Below the pieces are notes generated by a model. It did no database searches. It saw only the letters and a list, made by a program, of their open reading frames with translations, and was not told where the DNA came from. Positions 9,623-20,326 of a DNA stretch of 64,000 nucleotides are shown one piece after another. This DNA comes from Planctomycetota bacterium. GTDB taxonomy: Bacteria > Planctomycetota > UBA1135 > UBA2386. Every line of letters starts with the position of its first letter. Positions within the stretch are counted from its first letter, which is position 1. Where the stretch lies: contig OZ245838.1 in assembly GCA_965228735.1 (NCBI GenBank), positions 4,960,001-5,024,000 on the forward strand, written 5' to 3'. A program made the position numbers and the translations under genes.

Positions 9623-12600
9623 ATGCGTGGTCTGGTTCCGATCTCGATCGTCGCCCTTGTCGGTGCGACGAGCTGCACGGACGACGAGCCGGCCGGCGGC
9701 CCCGCGCGGCCGGCCGGGCCGGCCCTCGTGGCCACGCCGCTGCCGGCGCGCGCGGCCGTCGACGGTCCGCGCTTTCGCCGGCTCGGCGCCGATCGGACCG
9801 GACTCGAGTTCGCGAACGTGCTGCGGCCGAACAACCGCTACGCCTACGTCTACACCGGTTCGGGCGCGGCGGTCGGCGACTACGACGGCGACGGTCGACC
9901 GGACGTCTACCTCGTCTGCCGCGACGGCCCCAACAAGCTGTTCCGCCAGACGGGGCCGCTCCGGTTCGAGGACGTCACCGCGGCCGCGGGCGGCCTCGAT
10001 GGCGGCGATGCGTGGGGCACGGCGGCTGCGTTCGTCGATGTCGACAACGACGGCGACCTCGACCTCTACGTCGCCAACCTCGAGTCGCGCAACCTGCTCT
10101 ACCTCAACCGCGGCGACGGCACGTTCCGCGAGGCCGGCGGGCCGCGCGGGCTCGGCGTCGTGCGCGCCACCGAGGGCGCGGCGTTCGCCGACTACGACAA
10201 CGACGGCGACCTCGACCTCTACCTCGTCACCAACCGCCTGCTCGGCACGCAGATTCCGCAGGAGATCGTCGCCGAGATGCGGTTGCCGGGCGCGATCGAG
10301 AAGAGCAAGCGCGAGCTGTTCCCGCCGTATCCGCGCTTCGGCAAGGACGGCGACGGCCTCGTGGTGCCGGCGGGCTACGAGGATTTCTTCTTCACGATCG
10401 GCGAACGCATCTACCCGGCCGGGCAGTGCGACGTCCTGTTGCGCAACGATGACGGCGTGTTCGTCGACGTGACCGCCGAAGCCGGGATCCGCGACCAGGC
10501 CAACGGCCTCAGCGCGGTGTTCTGGGACTTCGACAACGACGGCGACCTCGACCTCTACGTCAGCAACGACCTGCAGTCGCCCGACGTGCTCTACGAGAAC
10601 CAGGGCGACGGCACGTTCGAGAACGTGACCGACCGGCTGCCGTGCGTCGCGTTCTTCGGGATGGGTTGCGACTTCGGCGACTTCGACCGCGACGGCCGGC
10701 TGGATCTCTACGTCGCCGACATGTCGAGCACGACGCACTACATGGGCAAGATGCTCATGGGCAACATGGACCAGCACCGGTGGCTCCTGATGAACGGCGA
10801 GCCGCTGCAGCAGATGCGCAACGTGCTGTTCATGAACCGCGGCGTGGGGTTCACCGAGAACGGGCGCATCGCGGGCCTCAGCAGCACGGACTGGACGTGG
10901 AGCGTGCGCTTCGCCGACTTCGACGAGGACGGCTGGCTCGACATGCACGCGACCAACGGCATCCCGATCTTCACGGACAATCCGGATGCCGGCCGCGAGT
11001 TCGATCAGCTGTGGGCGCACGGCGCCAAGAAGCGCGCGCTCGAGCTCTATCGCGAGCTGCCGCGCGTCCTGGAGAAGAACGTCGCGCGTCGCGGCGTGGG
11101 GCCGTTGCAGTTCGAGGATGTCGGCACCGAGTGGGGGCTCGACGAGGAATCGGTCGGGCAGGGCGCCGTCGTCAGCGACCTCGATCGCGACGGCGACCTC
11201 GACGTGCTCGTGAACAACCTCAACGATCCCATGAGCCTGTTCGAGAACCGCACCGCGGGCACGCACCGGGTGCTCGTCGAGCTGCGGGGCGTGACGAGCA
11301 ACCGCTTCGGCATCGGCGCGCGCATCACGATCCGGTCTGGTGAGGTCGAGCAGACGCGGCTCGTGATGGGCACGCGCGGCTACATGAGCGCCGGCGAAGC
11401 CGTCGAGCACTTCGGGCTCGGGGCCGCGACGAAGATCGATGTGCTCGAGGTGCGATGGCCGAGCGGCAACGTGCAGGTCTTCCGGGATCTCGCCGCGGAT
11501 CAGCGACTCGTCATCGAGGAGCGCGCGGATGGCGAGCCGGAGTCGAGCCTGCGGCCGGCTGACCCGCGGTCCCGGGACGGGATGCACTTCACCGCGATGA
11601 CCAGCTCCGGCGGCAGTCACGAGGAGGCCGACTTCGACGACTACGCGCAGCAACCGCTGCTGCCGCATCGACTGTCCCGTCTCGGACCCGGGGTCGCCAT
11701 CGGCGATTACGACGGCGACGGCCGGCCGGACTTCTGGCGTGGCGGCGCGACCGGCCAGCCGGGCGAGCTCTGTCGGTGGGACGGCGAGCAGGGCGCGTTC
11801 GTGCCCGATACGCGGCAGCAGGCCCTGCCGGCCGACAGCGTCAGCGAGGATCTCGGCGCCGCGTTCTTCGACGCCGATGGGGACGGCGACCTCGACCTCT
11901 ACGTTGCGAGCGGCGGCATCGAGCACGACGCGGGCCACGAGGCGTATCGCGACCGACTCTACCGCAACGTCGGGAACGGTCGGTTCGACCGCGACCCGGC
12001 CGCGTTGCCCGACCTGCGGCGCAGCAGCAGCTGTGTCGTCCCGCACGACTTCGACGGCGACGGTGACATCGATCTCTTCGTCGGGACGCGCGTCGTGCCC
12101 GGCCGCTTCCCGCACAGCGAGTCGAGCGTGCTGCTCGAGAACGTCGACGGCAAGTTCGTCGACGCCACGGCGACGATCGCGCCGGGCCTCGCGGAGGCCG
12201 GCATGGTGACGTCGGCGTGCTGGACCGATCTGAATGGTGACGGCGTCGCCGAGCTCGTCGTCGCGGCGCAGTGGCAGCCGCTGCGCGTGTTCGGCCGCGG
12301 CGCCGAAGGCACGTTCACGGATCGAACGGTGGCGCTCGGGATCGACGCCATCCGCGGGCAGTGGAACGCGGTCGCGGCCGGCGACCTCGACGGTGATGGC
12401 GACCAGGACCTCGTCGCCGGCAACCTCGGGCTCAACTCCAAGTATCACGCCGACCCCGAGCACCCGCTGCGGCTCTACGCGCGCGACTTCGACGGCAACG
12501 GCTCGTTCGACGTCGTCGAGGCCAAGACGAAGGGCAGCACCGAGCTGCCGGTGCGCGGCCTGAGCTGCAGCAGCGGCGCGATGCCCTACCTGCGGCAGAA

Positions 12601-13078
12601 GTTCGATACCTACGACAAGTTCGCGCGCGCGACGCTCGGCGACATCTACGGCGACAAGCTCAGCGGGTGCCTCGAGCTGTCCTGCAACGAACTGCGTCAC
12701 CTGGTGTTCGAGAACGACGGCGGCAAGCTCGTGCCGCGCCCGCTGCCGCGGCGCGCGCAGGGGTCGATCGTCAACGCCATCGGCGTGCTCGACGCGGACG
12801 GCGACGGCGCGCTCGACCTCGTGCTGGGCCAGAACTCGGATGCGCCGGAGCCCGAGACCGGGCCGCTGCGCGGCGAGCTCGCGCTCATGCTGCGTGGCTC
12901 ACCGGCCGGGGACCTCGCGTTCGCGGTCGACCCGACGGCGCCGTTCTTCGCGGACCTGCCGCGACCCGTGATGGCGATCGCCGTGGCGGACCTCGATGGT
13001 GACGGCGTGAGCGACTTCGTCGCCGCGACCAACTCGGGGCCGGTCCACGTCATGCGCGGCACGAGGGCCGACAAGTGA
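9623..13078 (+). CDS. FG-GAP/VCBS repeat lipoprotein with central ASPIC/UnbV domain (CRTAC1-like)
   Basis: Many DxDxDGDLDLYV repeats; SNRFGIGARI...HFGLG...VRWPSG; lipobox-like ATSC. Confidence 0.9.
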   Translation: MRGLVPISIVALVGATSCTDDEPAGGPARPAGPALVATPLPARAAVDGPRFRRLGADRTGLEFANVLRPNNRYAYVYTGSGAAVGDYDGDGRPDVYLVCRDGPNKLFRQTGPLRFEDVTAAAGGLDGGDAWGTAAAFVDVDNDGDLDLYVANLESRNLLYLNRGDGTFREAGGPRGLGVVRATEGAAFADYDNDGDLDLYLVTNRLLGTQIPQEIVAEMRLPGAIEKSKRELFPPYPRFGKDGDGLVVPAGYEDFFFTIGERIYPAGQCDVLLRNDDGVFVDVTAEAGIRDQANGLSAVFWDFDNDGDLDLYVSNDLQSPDVLYENQGDGTFENVTDRLPCVAFFGMGCDFGDFDRDGRLDLYVADMSSTTHYMGKMLMGNMDQHRWLLMNGEPLQQMRNVLFMNRGVGFTENGRIAGLSSTDWTWSVRFADFDEDGWLDMHATNGIPIFTDNPDAGREFDQLWAHGAKKRALELYRELPRVLEKNVARRGVGPLQFEDVGTEWGLDEESVGQGAVVSDLDRDGDLDVLVNNLNDPMSLFENRTAGTHRVLVELRGVTSNRFGIGARITIRSGEVEQTRLVMGTRGYMSAGEAVEHFGLGAATKIDVLEVRWPSGNVQVFRDLAADQRLVIEERADGEPESSLRPADPRSRDGMHFTAMTSSGGSHEEADFDDYAQQPLLPHRLSRLGPGVAIGDYDGDGRPDFWRGGATGQPGELCRWDGEQGAFVPDTRQQALPADSVSEDLGAAFFDADGDGDLDLYVASGGIEHDAGHEAYRDRLYRNVGNGRFDRDPAALPDLRRSSSCVVPHDFDGDGDIDLFVGTRVVPGRFPHSESSVLLENVDGKFVDATATIAPGLAEAGMVTSACWTDLNGDGVAELVVAAQWQPLRVFGRGAEGTFTDRTVALGIDAIRGQWNAVAAGDLDGDGDQDLVAGNLGLNSKYHADPEHPLRLYARDFDGNGSFDVVEAKTKGSTELPVRGLSCSSGAMPYLRQKFDTYDKFARATLGDIYGDKLSGCLELSCNELRHLVFENDGGKLVPRPLPRRAQGSIVNAIGVLDADGDGALDLVLGQNSDAPEPETGPLRGELALMLRGSPAGDLAFAVDPTAPFFADLPRPVMAIAVADLDGDGVSDFVAATNSGPVHVMRGTRADK

Positions 13079-15363
13079 GGCTCATCGGCATCGTTCTCGC
13101 GGTGAGCATGACCGCGGGGTGCTCGAGGGATGTGCCCGCGCCAACGCCAACTCCTGCGCCGGCCGCGGAAGTGAGCGACCTGCCCGACGAGCTGCCAGAG
13201 GAACTGCCCGAGGACCTGCCAGAGGACCTGCCGCAGCCGGTGGAGGTCCCGGAACCGGAACCCGTCGACAGCCACGAACGCATGGTCGCGACCCTCGCCG
13301 CGATCAGTCGGCAGGCGGCGGTCGACAACCCGTTCTTCGGCAGCGGCCGGGTCGCGCAACTGCGCGCGCGGGTCGAGGCTGCGGGTGCCGCACCACCGTG
13401 GCGCCTGCTGCTCGACACCGGACTGGCGGAACTGCAGCTCGGCGAAGAACGCGAGGGCATCGCGACGCTCACGCGTCTGCGCGACGGCCTGCGTGCGGGT
13501 CGCATCCGCGGCGACTTCGTCGCCAACCTGTCGGCGAGCTTCTACCTCGGGGTTGCGTGGCTGCGGCTCGCCGAGACGGAGAACTGCTGCCGGCAGGCCA
13601 ACGCGGACAGCTGCATCCTGCCGTTCGCCGAGGCGGCGTTGCACACGGAGTCCGAGGGTTCGAAGGCAGCGGCGCAGTGCTTCCTCGTCGTGCTCGCGAA
13701 CACCGAGCCGAACGACCGGTTCCACCTCGCCGCGCGCTGGCTCTTCAACCTCGCGCACATGTCGCTCGGCAGTCACCCGGACGGCGTGCCCGAGCGGTTT
13801 CGACTGCCGGCCAGCCTGTTCGATCCCGGCGCGGCAGAGCGTTTCCGCAACGTGGCGATCGAGCGCGGGCTCGCGTCGTTCAGCAATTCGGGCGGCGTCG
13901 TCGTCGACGACCTCACGGGTGACGACCGCTTCGACATCCTCGTGTCCGATTGGCGGCCGGACGGCGCGATGCAGCTCTTCGTGCAGCAGCCGGACGGGGC
14001 GTTCGTCGAGCGCTCGGCCGCGGCGGGGCTCACCGGGATCACGGGCGGGCTCAACCTGCTGCAGGCGGACTACGACAACGACGGCGACCTCGACGTGCTC
14101 GTGCTGCGCGGCGCGTGGTGGTTCGATCACGGCCGGCATCCCAACTCGCTGCTGCAGAACGACGGCAGCGGCAACTTCCGCGACGTGACCTTCGACGCCG
14201 GGCTCGCGGTGGTGGACTACCCGACGCAGACGGCGGGCTGGGCGGACTTCGACCTCGACGGCGACCTCGACCTCTACATCGGCAACGAGCACAGCGAGCT
14301 CGCCCATGCGCCGAGCCAGCTCTTCGAGAACGACGGCGACGGCACATTCACCGACATCGCGGCTGCCGCCGGGGTGACCAACCTGCTCGGCGCCAAGGCG
14401 GTGCACTGGGGCGACATCGACAACGACGGCGACCCCGATCTCTACGTCAGCAACCGTGACGGTAGTAACCGCCTGTATCGAAACGACGGCGATGGCACGT
14501 TCACCGACGTCGCGAAGGAGCGCGGGGTCACGCATCCGATCGAGGGTTTCCCGGCGTTCTTCTTCGACCGCGACAACGACGGCGATCTCGACCTCTTCGC
14601 GTCGAACTACAACACGGGCATCTCGCACGTCACGGCGCACCTCGTCGGCGCGCAGCTGCCGTACGAGCGGCCGCGGCTCTACGACAACGACGGCAGCGGC
14701 CGCTTTACCGACGTCGCCAAGGCGCAAGGCCTCACGTATCCGAGCCTGCCGATGGGCAGCAACTTCGGTGACCTCGACAACGACGGCTGGCTCGACCTCT
14801 ACCTCGGCACGGGCGACACCGACTACGAGACGCTGCTGCCCAACCTCGCGTATCGCAACGACGGCGGGGCGCGCTTCGTCGACGTCACGATGGCGACCGG
14901 TCTCGGCCACCTGCAGAAGGGGCACGGCATCGCGTTCGCCGACATCGACGGCGACGGTGACCAGGACATCTTCGCGGAGATGGGCGGCGCGTATCCCGGT
15001 GATGCGTACGGCAACGCGCTGTTCGACAACCCGGGGAACGGCAACCACTGGCTCACGGTGCACCTCGTCGGCACGACGTCGAACCGGTGCGCGATCGGCG
15101 CGCGGATCCGCGTCGTCGCGCGCGAAGGCGGCGAGGACCGTTCGATCTGGCGCGACGTGAACAGCGGCGGCACGTTCGGCGCGAGCCCGCTGCGCCAGGC
15201 GATCGGACTCGGGAGCGCCGACGAGGTCGTGCGCATCGAGATCCGCTGGCCGCGGTCGAGTAGCAGGGCCGCGGCCGACGATCTCCAGATCGTCGAAGCG
15301 CCCCCGCTCGACGCCACGATCCGCGTCGTCGAGGGCGAAGACGGTTTCACGCGCCTTCCCTGA
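13075..15363 (+). CDS. CRTAC1-family FG-GAP + ASPIC/UnbV lipoprotein
   Basis: DYDNDGDLD repeats, LQKGHG, SNRCAIGARI; lipobox TAGC; GTGA overlap with the upstream gene. Confidence 0.9.
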   Translation: MRLIGIVLAVSMTAGCSRDVPAPTPTPAPAAEVSDLPDELPEELPEDLPEDLPQPVEVPEPEPVDSHERMVATLAAISRQAAVDNPFFGSGRVAQLRARVEAAGAAPPWRLLLDTGLAELQLGEEREGIATLTRLRDGLRAGRIRGDFVANLSASFYLGVAWLRLAETENCCRQANADSCILPFAEAALHTESEGSKAAAQCFLVVLANTEPNDRFHLAARWLFNLAHMSLGSHPDGVPERFRLPASLFDPGAAERFRNVAIERGLASFSNSGGVVVDDLTGDDRFDILVSDWRPDGAMQLFVQQPDGAFVERSAAAGLTGITGGLNLLQADYDNDGDLDVLVLRGAWWFDHGRHPNSLLQNDGSGNFRDVTFDAGLAVVDYPTQTAGWADFDLDGDLDLYIGNEHSELAHAPSQLFENDGDGTFTDIAAAAGVTNLLGAKAVHWGDIDNDGDPDLYVSNRDGSNRLYRNDGDGTFTDVAKERGVTHPIEGFPAFFFDRDNDGDLDLFASNYNTGISHVTAHLVGAQLPYERPRLYDNDGSGRFTDVAKAQGLTYPSLPMGSNFGDLDNDGWLDLYLGTGDTDYETLLPNLAYRNDGGARFVDVTMATGLGHLQKGHGIAFADIDGDGDQDIFAEMGGAYPGDAYGNALFDNPGNGNHWLTVHLVGTTSNRCAIGARIRVVAREGGEDRSIWRDVNSGGTFGASPLRQAIGLGSADEVVRIEIRWPRSSSRAAADDLQIVEAPPLDATIRVVEGEDGFTRLP

Positions 15364-15389
15364 CGCAGGCCACACGCTAAGACAAGGGC

Positions 15390-16754
15390 GTGAAGCTGCT
15401 CGTCGTCATCGCCGTCGGACTGCGGCCCAAGGACCTCGCTCACGCGCCCGTGCTCCGCGGGCTCGGTGAACACGGATTCATGGCGCCGCTCGACACCGTC
15501 TTCCCGGCCGTGACGTGCACGGCGCAGGCGACGTTCCTCACGGGCCTGCCCGCGTCGGGGCACGGCGTCGTGGCCAACGGGTGGTACTTCCGTGATCTCG
15601 CGCAGATCATGTTCTGGCGGCAGAGCAACCACCTCGTGAACGGCGACAAGCTCTACGACGTCGCGCGCGAACGGTTCGGTGCGCGCACGGCCAAGATGTT
15701 CTGGTGGTGGAACATGTACAGCGGCGCGGACTTCAGCGTCACGCCGCGGCCCGAGTATCACGCCGACGGGCTCAAGAAGCCGGGCATCTACAGCGACCCA
15801 GCCGATCTCGCGGGCAGCCTGCAGGACGAGCTCGGGCCGTTCCCGTTGTTCGACTTCTGGGGGCCGCGCGCGGGCATCAAGAGCTCGCAGTGGATCAAGA
15901 ACTCGGCGCTGTCGGTGATGCGGCGCCACGATCCGGAGGTCGTGCTCGTCTACCTGCCGCACCTCGACTACGACCATCAACGCTTCGGCCCGGACGACCC
16001 GCGCAGCGTGCAGGCCGTGCGGGATCTCGACGCGGAGATGCCGGCGCTGATCGATGCGGCGCGCGAACGCGACGCGCACGTCGTCGTGCTGTCCGAGTAC
16101 GGCATCGAGGACGCGAGCACGCCGATCTTCCTCAACCGGCTGCTGCACGAGCGTGGGTTGCTCGCCGTGCAGGAGACGAGTCACGGGCAGCTGCTCGACG
16201 CGGGCGCGAGCCGCGCGTTCGTCGTCGCCGACCATCAGTGCGCGCACGTCTACGTCAACGCGGAGTCGGAGTTCGGCGCCGTCCGCCAGCTGCTCGAGAA
16301 GCACCCCGGCATCGCGCGCGTGCTCGATCGGGAGCAGCAGAAGGAGCTCGGCATCGATCACGAACGCAGCGGCGAGCTCGTCTGCGTCGCCGAGGCCGGC
16401 CACTGGTTTGCCTATCACTACTGGCTCGACGAGGCCCGGCGGCCCGACTTCGCGCCGACCGTCGACATCCACCGCAAGCCCGGTTACGACCCGGCGGAAT
16501 TGTTCGTCGACCCCGCGATCCGCTTCCCCAGGCTGCGCGTCGCGAAGACGTTGGCGAAGAAGATGCTCGGCTTCCGCTACCTCATGGACGTGATTCCGAC
16601 GGATCCGTCGCAGGTCCGCGGCAGCCACGGCCGGCTCTACGAGGACGACGACGCCGGGCCGATCTTCCTCTGCAGCGACCGGTCGCTCGCGCGCGATCGG
16701 GTCGCTGCCACGGAGGTCAGGGACCTCCTGCTCGGGCTGCTCGGGCCGCGCTAG
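15390..16754 (+). CDS. Alkaline phosphatase superfamily nucleotide pyrophosphatase/phosphodiesterase (EboF-like)
   Basis: PAVTCTAQAT, HG.V.NGW, YLPHLDY, SEYG, VDIHRKPGYDP.ELF, GSHG. Confidence 0.88.
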   Translation: MKLLVVIAVGLRPKDLAHAPVLRGLGEHGFMAPLDTVFPAVTCTAQATFLTGLPASGHGVVANGWYFRDLAQIMFWRQSNHLVNGDKLYDVARERFGARTAKMFWWWNMYSGADFSVTPRPEYHADGLKKPGIYSDPADLAGSLQDELGPFPLFDFWGPRAGIKSSQWIKNSALSVMRRHDPEVVLVYLPHLDYDHQRFGPDDPRSVQAVRDLDAEMPALIDAARERDAHVVVLSEYGIEDASTPIFLNRLLHERGLLAVQETSHGQLLDAGASRAFVVADHQCAHVYVNAESEFGAVRQLLEKHPGIARVLDREQQKELGIDHERSGELVCVAEAGHWFAYHYWLDEARRPDFAPTVDIHRKPGYDPAELFVDPAIRFPRLRVAKTLAKKMLGFRYLMDVIPTDPSQVRGSHGRLYEDDDAGPIFLCSDRSLARDRVAATEVRDLLLGLLGPR

Positions 16755-16860
16755 GCGGGGCTCGCCGGGCGATTACTGGCGGCGCGTCCCGATTCGTTCC
16801 GGCGCCGGGCGGCGCGCGGGCAACCAAGCAGGTCGAGCCCCGCGTTATCCTGTAGTCGCC

Positions 16861-19449
16861 GTGAGACCCTTCCCGACCCCCGCCCCGCGCGCCCGCCGCG
16901 CGCTCGTTGCGGCAGTCCTCGCGCTGACGACCACCGCGGTCGGGCAGGCGGGGCTGCGCCACGAGGTCGGCTGGCTGCCGGAGCCGAACGGGCCGATCGT
17001 CGCCACGCGGTTCGCGGACCTCGACGGGGACACGTTCCAGGACCTCGTGCGGCTGCGGCCGCGCGCCGTCGAGATGCTGCTGCAGGATCCGACGACCGGT
17101 CGGTTCACGCGCGTCGACTCGGTGGCGCTCGGCACGAGCGCGATGCCCGACCTGCAGGACATCGCGATCGGGCGCCTCGATCCGTCGGGCGATCCGTGGC
17201 CCGACGTCGCGGTCCTGTGGAGCGACGGGCAACTCGACCTGCTGGTGAACAACGCGGGCGCCGGGCTCACCCGCGCCGTGCCGCGGCCCGTGCCCGCGTT
17301 GCCAGCCGCGTCGGCGCAGGCGATCTTCGCGGCCGACCTCGACGGCGATCTGACCGACGATCTGCTCGTGCTGCAGGAGGCGACGCCGCCGCAGCTGATC
17401 ACGCGCCAACCCGCCGGCGGGTTCACCAACGTGACGGCGACGAACATGCCGGCCGCGATCGCCTACCCGCGGCCGCGCGGTACGCTCGCCGATACGGACG
17501 GCGACGGTGACCTCGACCTCATCGTTGCCTCGGTCAATCCGCTGCCGCCGACGCTGCTCAGGAATCAGGGTGGCACGTTCACGCGGGTCGCGAGCGCGTT
17601 CGCCAACAACGCGTTGCCGACGAGCGCGGTCCTCGCGATCGACCTCGCGGGCACGCCGCTGCCGGAGCTCGTGTTCGGTCGGCCCGGAACGGCGAACAAC
17701 GCGCCGATCGTCCTCGCCAACGTCGGCGGTGTGTTCAACAGCGTGATGATCCCGCAGTCGCTGCGCGTGCGCGGCGTGCGCGCGCTGCTCGCGGCGGACA
17801 TCGACCAGAACGGCCACGACGACGTCGTCGTGCTCGAGTCGACGGGGCGCCTCGGGTTCGCGCTGCGCGGCAATGGCGGTCTGCTCGCGGGGCGACCCAC
17901 GAGCACCGCGAACGTGACCGAGACCGTGCCGCTGCTGCCGATCCATCCGGGCCGCGTCGCCGTTGCCGTGGCGGACCTCGAGAACGACGGCGACGACGAC
18001 CTCGTCGCGGGCGGTGACGCGCCCGACAGCCTGCTCGTGCACGGCCCGGGCGTCGAGTTCCACGACGCCGAACGCTTCGCGTTCGAGGCCGGCGCACGCG
18101 TGCGCGACTACGCCGCGACGCTCGCGGACCGCGACCTCGACGGCAACCGCGACCTGATCGGGCTCGAGCCGAACGGCGGGTGGCTCACGTTCGACAACGA
18201 CGGTTCGGGCTACTTCACCGCGTCGACGCCCGCGGTCTCGGTCTTGCCGGCGTTGCCCGCGGTGACGATCTGGGAGCGCGTGTTCGCGATGTCGGTCCAG
18301 ACGCCGGGGCAGCTCGACCTGCTCGCGTTCGGCGACGGCAGCGGTGTCGCGGATCAGGTCGCCGTGCTGCGCAAGACGGCGGGCGGCTGGGTCGACGAGA
18401 CGCAGGTGCGCTTCGGCGGGGCGCAGACCGGCGTCATCGCGGCCGTCGCCGGCTACGAGAACGGCTCGGGGCTCGAGGATCTCATCGTCGGCACGTTCAC
18501 CGGCGAGCTCGAGTTCCACGCCAACGTCGGTGGCATCTTCACCTACCAGCCGGGCCGGTTCCCGAGCGGTCTCGGCCTGTTCAACCTGACCCAGATCCTC
18601 GTTGCGGACTTCACGGGCGACGGCAACAACGACGTGCTCGCGCTGCAGGGCAACGGCCAGCGGCCGCGACTGCTCGTGGCGACGCCGGTCGGCTTCGCGC
18701 CAGCGACGTTCGCGGTGCCGCTCGCGGCGGACGGCGATTTCGGCACGGTCGGCGACGTCGATCAGGACGGCGATCCCGACGTCGTGTTGCGCACGACGGG
18801 GCAGGTCGGCGTGACCGTGCTGCGCTGGCAGGCCGCGACCGGGTCGTTCGCGATGGCCAGCCTCGGCGCCATCGTCGCCGTCAACTTCGAGCCGCGCGAC
18901 ATCGCCGTGCTCACCGTCGACGGCGCCCCGCGAATCGTGCTCGCACGCGATGACGGCCCCGACGCGATCTACGCGTGGAACGGCAGCAGCTACGTCGGCC
19001 CGCTCTCACTCGGCTACCGCGGCACGGTCGCGACCCGCGGCTTCCTGCTCGGCGACGTCGACCGCGACCGCGACCAGGACGTGCTCGTTCTGCGCGCGGG
19101 CCTCGACCCGGCGCTGCTGATGAACGAGACGACGCTCGTCCAGCCGCTCGGCCCCGTGCAGAGCGGTCGCGCCAACCAGGTGCTCCTGCGCGCGCCGGAG
19201 CCCGGTTCGCTCGCGTTCATCGCCTACGGCCTGCCGCGCGACACGCTCACCCCGTGGGGTCTGCTCCGGCTCGACCCGGCGACGATCGGTTCGCTGTTCC
19301 TCGGCGTGCCCCCGGGCCGCGAAACGGCCTGGAACATCCCGCTCGGGCCCGGCCTCCCGTGGATCCGCTTCCCGATCCAGGCTGCATGGATCACGCCGGG
19401 CAACGAGGTGTTCCTCTCCGGCCTGAACCACCTCGTGATCCTGCCGTGA
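16861..19449 (+). CDS. Secreted VCBS/FG-GAP repeat protein
   Basis: Signal peptide; repeated D.DGDGD.D motifs. Confidence 0.8.
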   Translation: MRPFPTPAPRARRALVAAVLALTTTAVGQAGLRHEVGWLPEPNGPIVATRFADLDGDTFQDLVRLRPRAVEMLLQDPTTGRFTRVDSVALGTSAMPDLQDIAIGRLDPSGDPWPDVAVLWSDGQLDLLVNNAGAGLTRAVPRPVPALPAASAQAIFAADLDGDLTDDLLVLQEATPPQLITRQPAGGFTNVTATNMPAAIAYPRPRGTLADTDGDGDLDLIVASVNPLPPTLLRNQGGTFTRVASAFANNALPTSAVLAIDLAGTPLPELVFGRPGTANNAPIVLANVGGVFNSVMIPQSLRVRGVRALLAADIDQNGHDDVVVLESTGRLGFALRGNGGLLAGRPTSTANVTETVPLLPIHPGRVAVAVADLENDGDDDLVAGGDAPDSLLVHGPGVEFHDAERFAFEAGARVRDYAATLADRDLDGNRDLIGLEPNGGWLTFDNDGSGYFTASTPAVSVLPALPAVTIWERVFAMSVQTPGQLDLLAFGDGSGVADQVAVLRKTAGGWVDETQVRFGGAQTGVIAAVAGYENGSGLEDLIVGTFTGELEFHANVGGIFTYQPGRFPSGLGLFNLTQILVADFTGDGNNDVLALQGNGQRPRLLVATPVGFAPATFAVPLAADGDFGTVGDVDQDGDPDVVLRTTGQVGVTVLRWQAATGSFAMASLGAIVAVNFEPRDIAVLTVDGAPRIVLARDDGPDAIYAWNGSSYVGPLSLGYRGTVATRGFLLGDVDRDRDQDVLVLRAGLDPALLMNETTLVQPLGPVQSGRANQVLLRAPEPGSLAFIAYGLPRDTLTPWGLLRLDPATIGSLFLGVPPGRETAWNIPLGPGLPWIRFPIQAAWITPGNEVFLSGLNHLVILP

Positions 19450-19931
19450 CACTGCGCACGACCGGGTTCCGTTTCGTGACTCTGGGCGCTCTCGTTGCGC
19501 TGACCGCGTGTGCTGCGCGGGTCGCTGCGCCGCCTCCGGCGGTCGCTGCGATTCGTTACCGCATCGAGGTCGTGGAGGGCACGTTCGACATCGTGCGCGG
19601 CTTCACGCGCTGGATCGACGAGATCTACCTGCCGGAGCACGGCGTTGCGTGCAACCTCGAGTGGTTGCCGCGGGTCGCCGACAACGGCGAGGTCGATCTC
19701 ATGAACGACGTGCCGAGGTTGCGAGCGTTCTTCGTCCCCGCGTCCAGGCTCGACACGGTCACGGATCGCCGCGACGTGCAACTGCCCCGCGAACTCGCGC
19801 AACACATCGTCGACGTCGCCTCCAAGCGCAAGGACGTCGCCAGCCAGCTGGTCGCCCGCGGGCTACTGCCAGCCCCGGATCATGGCGTTACCGAACCCGT
19901 TTCGAATCCGTCACCCGGCGTGAACCGTTGA
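19446..19931 (+). CDS. Hypothetical lipoprotein
   Basis: GTG overlaps the upstream TGA; LVALTAC lipobox; C-terminal codons run through the REP-like arm. Confidence 0.55.
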   Translation: MTLRTTGFRFVTLGALVALTACAARVAAPPPAVAAIRYRIEVVEGTFDIVRGFTRWIDEIYLPEHGVACNLEWLPRVADNGEVDLMNDVPRLRAFFVPASRLDTVTDRRDVQLPRELAQHIVDVASKRKDVASQLVARGLLPAPDHGVTEPVSNPSPGVNR

Positions 19932-20320
19932 CTCAGGCCCGCGTTGCCCGGGGAATGACCCGGCGGCTGCAGTTGGTGGTTCTGGCGCTCCTCTTGGTGT
20001 CCTCGCTCGGGAACGTGTTCCAGCTGCTCTGGGCGAACGCCGGGCATCGCATCGAGAACGTCACGCGCGGGCAGTTCGACGCGGAGGTCGAGCGTGCCAA
20101 GGTGCTCTCCGGATCGGCGGCGTGGCACTCCGTGCATGTCGACCGCGAGGGTCTGGCGATCCTCGAGACGGGGACGTTGCTGAACTTCCGGAGTCTGCTC
20201 GGGCAGACGCAGGCTTGTCGGCGGGTGTTCATCTGCACCGAGTGACGGTCGCGTCGCCTTGCGGTTTGAACCGCGTACCGTACGCCGGGTGGCGGAATCG
20301 AAACGGGTTCCGTACCGCCA
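19883..20320. repeat. REP-like inverted doublet, copy 2, enclosing a 360-bp insert
   Basis: 39-bp imperfect inverted arms at 19883-19921 and 20282-20320 with the same 31-bp core as copies 1 and 3. Confidence 0.85.
19955..20245 (+). CDS. Small hypothetical protein (96 aa) with N-terminal signal/TM segment
   Basis: MTRRLQLVVLALLLVSSLGN...; lies entirely between the repeat arms. Confidence 0.55.
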   Translation: MTRRLQLVVLALLLVSSLGNVFQLLWANAGHRIENVTRGQFDAEVERAKVLSGSAAWHSVHVDREGLAILETGTLLNFRSLLGQTQACRRVFICTE

Positions 20321-20326
20321 ACCGCT

